This document shows, piece by piece, positions 60,866 to 64,000 of a stretch of 64,000 nt of DNA. This stretch comes from Isurus oxyrinchus (lineage: Eukaryota): assembly GCA_026770705.1 (NCBI GenBank), contig JANJGN010000018.1:95232001-95296000 (forward strand), written 5' to 3'. A program made the position numbers and the translations under genes. Below the pieces are notes generated by a model. It saw only the letters and a program-made list of their open reading frames with translations. It was not told the DNA's origin and made no database searches. Within the stretch, counting starts at the first letter, position 1. Each line of letters starts with the position of its first letter.

Positions 60866-61262
60866 CTTTTCTTTCTTATTCTTTCATGGTATGTGGCATT
60901 GCTGGCTGGGTCAGCATTTGTTACTCATCCCTAATTGCATTTGAGAAGGTGATGGTGAGCCACCTTCATGAACCACTGCAGTCCATCAGGTGTAGGTGCA
61001 CAAACAGTGCTGTTAGGGAGGGAGTTCCAGTATTTTGATCAGCGACAGTGAAGGAATGACATTGTAGTTCCAAATCAGGATGGTATGTGTCTTGGAGGGG
61101 AATTTGCAGGTGGTCGTGTTCCCATGCATCTGCTGCCCTTGTCCTTATAGGTAGTATAGGTTGCAGGTTTGGAAGGTGCTGTTGAAGAAGGCTTGACAAG
61201 TTGCTGCAGTGCATCTTCTGCATCGTTCGCACTGCTGACTCTCTTCTGGTGGAGGGAGTGAA
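60866..61262 (-). mobile_element. Same LINE family, 3' fragment in opposite orientation
   Basis: ORF 60966-61232 KMHCSNLSSLLQQHLPNLQPILPIRTRAADAWEH; 3' tail at 60870-60945. Confidence 0.85.
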
Positions 61263-64000
61263 TATTTAAGAAATGAGCAATAAATGTTGGCCTTTAAAAA
61301 AAGCTATTCCCACAAAGCCTTTTTCTGCTTTCACTATAAACTGCCTTCTGGAGTCGAGCCAGTACATATTCAATGTAGAGGTGTTCATCCCAATTTTAGT
61401 GAAATATTACTCTGCTGATTTTGTGCACGAACTCATGTTAACATGGAATCTACCAACTGTTGGAATGTGATTGATGTATTCTTTATCCCAGAAAGCATAA
61501 CCACAAACTGATACAGTCCTGTAGATGTTGCAAAAATGAAACAGAATATGGCTTCCTCACTTTGTAAAACCTGCCAATAAAACTTGGCCGGGTACCTTGC
61601 AGCCTCTGGTTTCACAAGGATATCCTCTGTGCAGGAAATAAAATATACATCAGCTGCTTAATCTCCTATAACCTACACAGAACCATGCCATTTTACCCTT
61701 CTTTGACATGATCAGCATTGACACAGTCCAGGGGACAATGTTCAATAGCTCCCACCTCTCACATTTCTTGCCGTCTTTTTCTCTTTTGTGTTCCTGTATG
61801 CTATATTGAACTGACACGCATGTTGTTGCATTGGTATCCTGTTAGCTGCAACCTGTCAGCACAACCTGCTGCTCACTGACAAGATGACCAAATAACAAAG
61901 GCTACAAACTCCAATAAGTTTTCCATTCAGATGACAAGCAAAAAGATGCAATTGACATTCCCCACTGGACACCTAACTTCTGCTCTCCATTGCCAAATTA
62001 ATTCTGCCATTGTTCTTGACATCCTCCAAGGTGGACAGGACATATAAAGCTATACAGGGCCTCAGCTTTGTGGTTGAGCTAAACTTTCAGCACACTTATA
62101 TGATGCAGTCAGTGTTGATACTACTGGGATGGTATCTCCACCATGGGATTTACATTGCTGCAATTTTCTACCATGGTACAGGCCTTCAAAGTGAGCCCAG
62201 AGCTTGTTCTGTGTCAATGTCGCTAACCCAATATTTTCCTGAAATTTTGCTCTACCAGGGTTACACGTAGCTTAGTGCAGGCTCCAGATTCTCCTGAGTG
62301 ATCAAGTCCTATCTCTATCAGAGGAGATAATCCAAAACACACTTCTTGGCCAGGGGATTTTCCTATAACACATCCTTTACATTGCTATTAGTGGGCCACA
62401 AACCCTGTGCTTGTACATCAGCTCAAAAGGGGAGAATTTTGTCTACTCTTATGGGACTTCCCACTGTGCCATTTGACCTTTTCACTAATCCATTTGGCTA
62501 TGTTAATCTGGAGTGGTTCAAAGCTACTTAACAATGGCATTACTCTGGAAAACCAACCAGTGAAAGCTTTTTCAGCAGAGTACTAGCTTCAATATCTGTC
62601 TCAATGGACTTGTGCCCATTGGCACCTACATACTTGGATTTATAGTCAATTAAAAGTGAAGTAATGGAAGGAGTCATCAATAATATCATACAACAGCACA
62701 AACTGAGCAGTGCTCACTTCAGATTTTGCCAGGGCCATTTGACTTCAACCGCACCATCACCATTGCTTTCTGAGGGCAACGAGGAATGGGCAATAATTGT
62801 ACACTGTGAGCATCACTCAGATCTCAAGAACAAATATACAAAAATCCCACTGCTTTTACCAAATGTCATGGTACCTCTTGCATCTCACTGCCACCAGCGT
62901 GTATAAATTAAACGCATTTTAGTTAACTCTTCCCTCTTCCTGTGGCCCATCCATAATTATTACAATGGGACTTTGCACTCCATGTGAACTGGAAGCAACA
63001 GCGTTGTGGTGATCTGCTGCTGCAAGATCTCATATTGTTTAGGACTCATATTGCACAATGCTGGATAGTTAGCAGCCATTGCATTTTTATTTCTCTCCAA
63101 GTCACTCTGAAATAATATTATCTACATACAATACATGGGCTGGGCTCCCATGCCAATTTAACCAACCATATTTATGTGTAGAAATTCAACAAGTAGAACA
63201 ATGACACCAGAAACTACCTCAAATCTACCATCCTGCTTCATGAACAATCAATGCCGAGGTTTGCTTTATCAACAGTTGGTAACTTGGTCAGCCCTGCTTT
63301 CATCCAGGACCACTCTGGTTCCCATGCGTTGTGGTTCATTCTTTCTCTCTTTCCCATTTTGTCTGCACGTCAGAGATCTAAATATCCCACTTGTCTTTGA
63401 ACTGCCTGGAAAGCATTTCAAATTCCAGGTAGACACACAAAATCTGGATATTGATAGCTTAATGCTTCCTCCATTATCCCCATCTCTGGATTGAATGATC
63501 TGGAGGATGTTGTTCGCAATAACCAGAAGACTTTCCCCAATTTAACTAACACAATAATGTTGCATAGAAATTGAAGATGAAGGCTACCTCTGGAAACTGG
63601 ACATGCTGAAGCCAGGTGACCATCTTACATTTTCCTGAGTCTTTGCTTTACAGTTGTATTGATCATGACACATTTTATTTACACATATTTACATATACAA
63701 GTTCTGCTTCTGTCTATATACAGCGTCAATACTGTTGAATTTGTCACAAGGCAGTTCAGGTGACATCACAATTTGAAAGAACAATGCCTAAATAGTTTAT
63801 CCTACCCCAACTCCATGGTTAATTATGTTCCCTGTAATCACGCACAATCATTTTTATTTAACACACATCATAGTGTTATACCAACTCAAATATATCTATG
63901 AGATGATAAATGATGCATCATGATCTCAAGCATCATGATCAACATCAAAAGTCAGGGTAGCTCATTGACTGATGTGCAATGACGTCCTCACTAAAAGACT

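Noticed and set aside
61270-64000. Short ORFs at the right end of the window
   Set aside because: No recognisable domain or consistent exon structure; only a small LINE-like remnant near 62640-62750.

Overview
Vertebrate genomic DNA; the repeat repertoire (CR1, L2, Deu-domain SINEs, Penelope-derived elements) points to a cartilaginous fish (shark), which is an inference. No intact host protein-coding ORF is present: the informative ORFs in the supplied track are transposon fragments and the rest look like chance ORFs. The left part (1-38100) is the 5' end of an unidentified minus-strand gene. It has a CpG-island promoter at ~37000-38150 (YY1, two RFX X-boxes, CRE, Pbx/Prep decamers, GC box), a first exon ending at a donor at 37423, a ~33 kb first-intron region, and probable 5'UTR exons at 23851-23975 and 4344-4416. 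The right part (40200-61300) is a dense nest of retroelements. Its core is a decayed but structurally complete Ty1/copia element of GalEa type (45085-60487) with TG..CA LTRs, a perfect 5-bp TSD (TGCAG), a tRNA-iMet PBS, a PPT and gag-PR-IN-RT-RH order. It sits inside an older LINE and is itself invaded by a Tx1/L1-like LINE end, two CR1s (one near full length with esterase ORF1), a Gypsy LTR+gag fragment, a solo LTR and two tRNA-SINEs. One of those SINEs is a young tRNA-Thr-derived element with a tandemly duplicated tail. At least six short Penelope-like pLTR copies carry minimal hammerhead-ribozyme motifs; the two youngest-looking copies share a non-canonical core.
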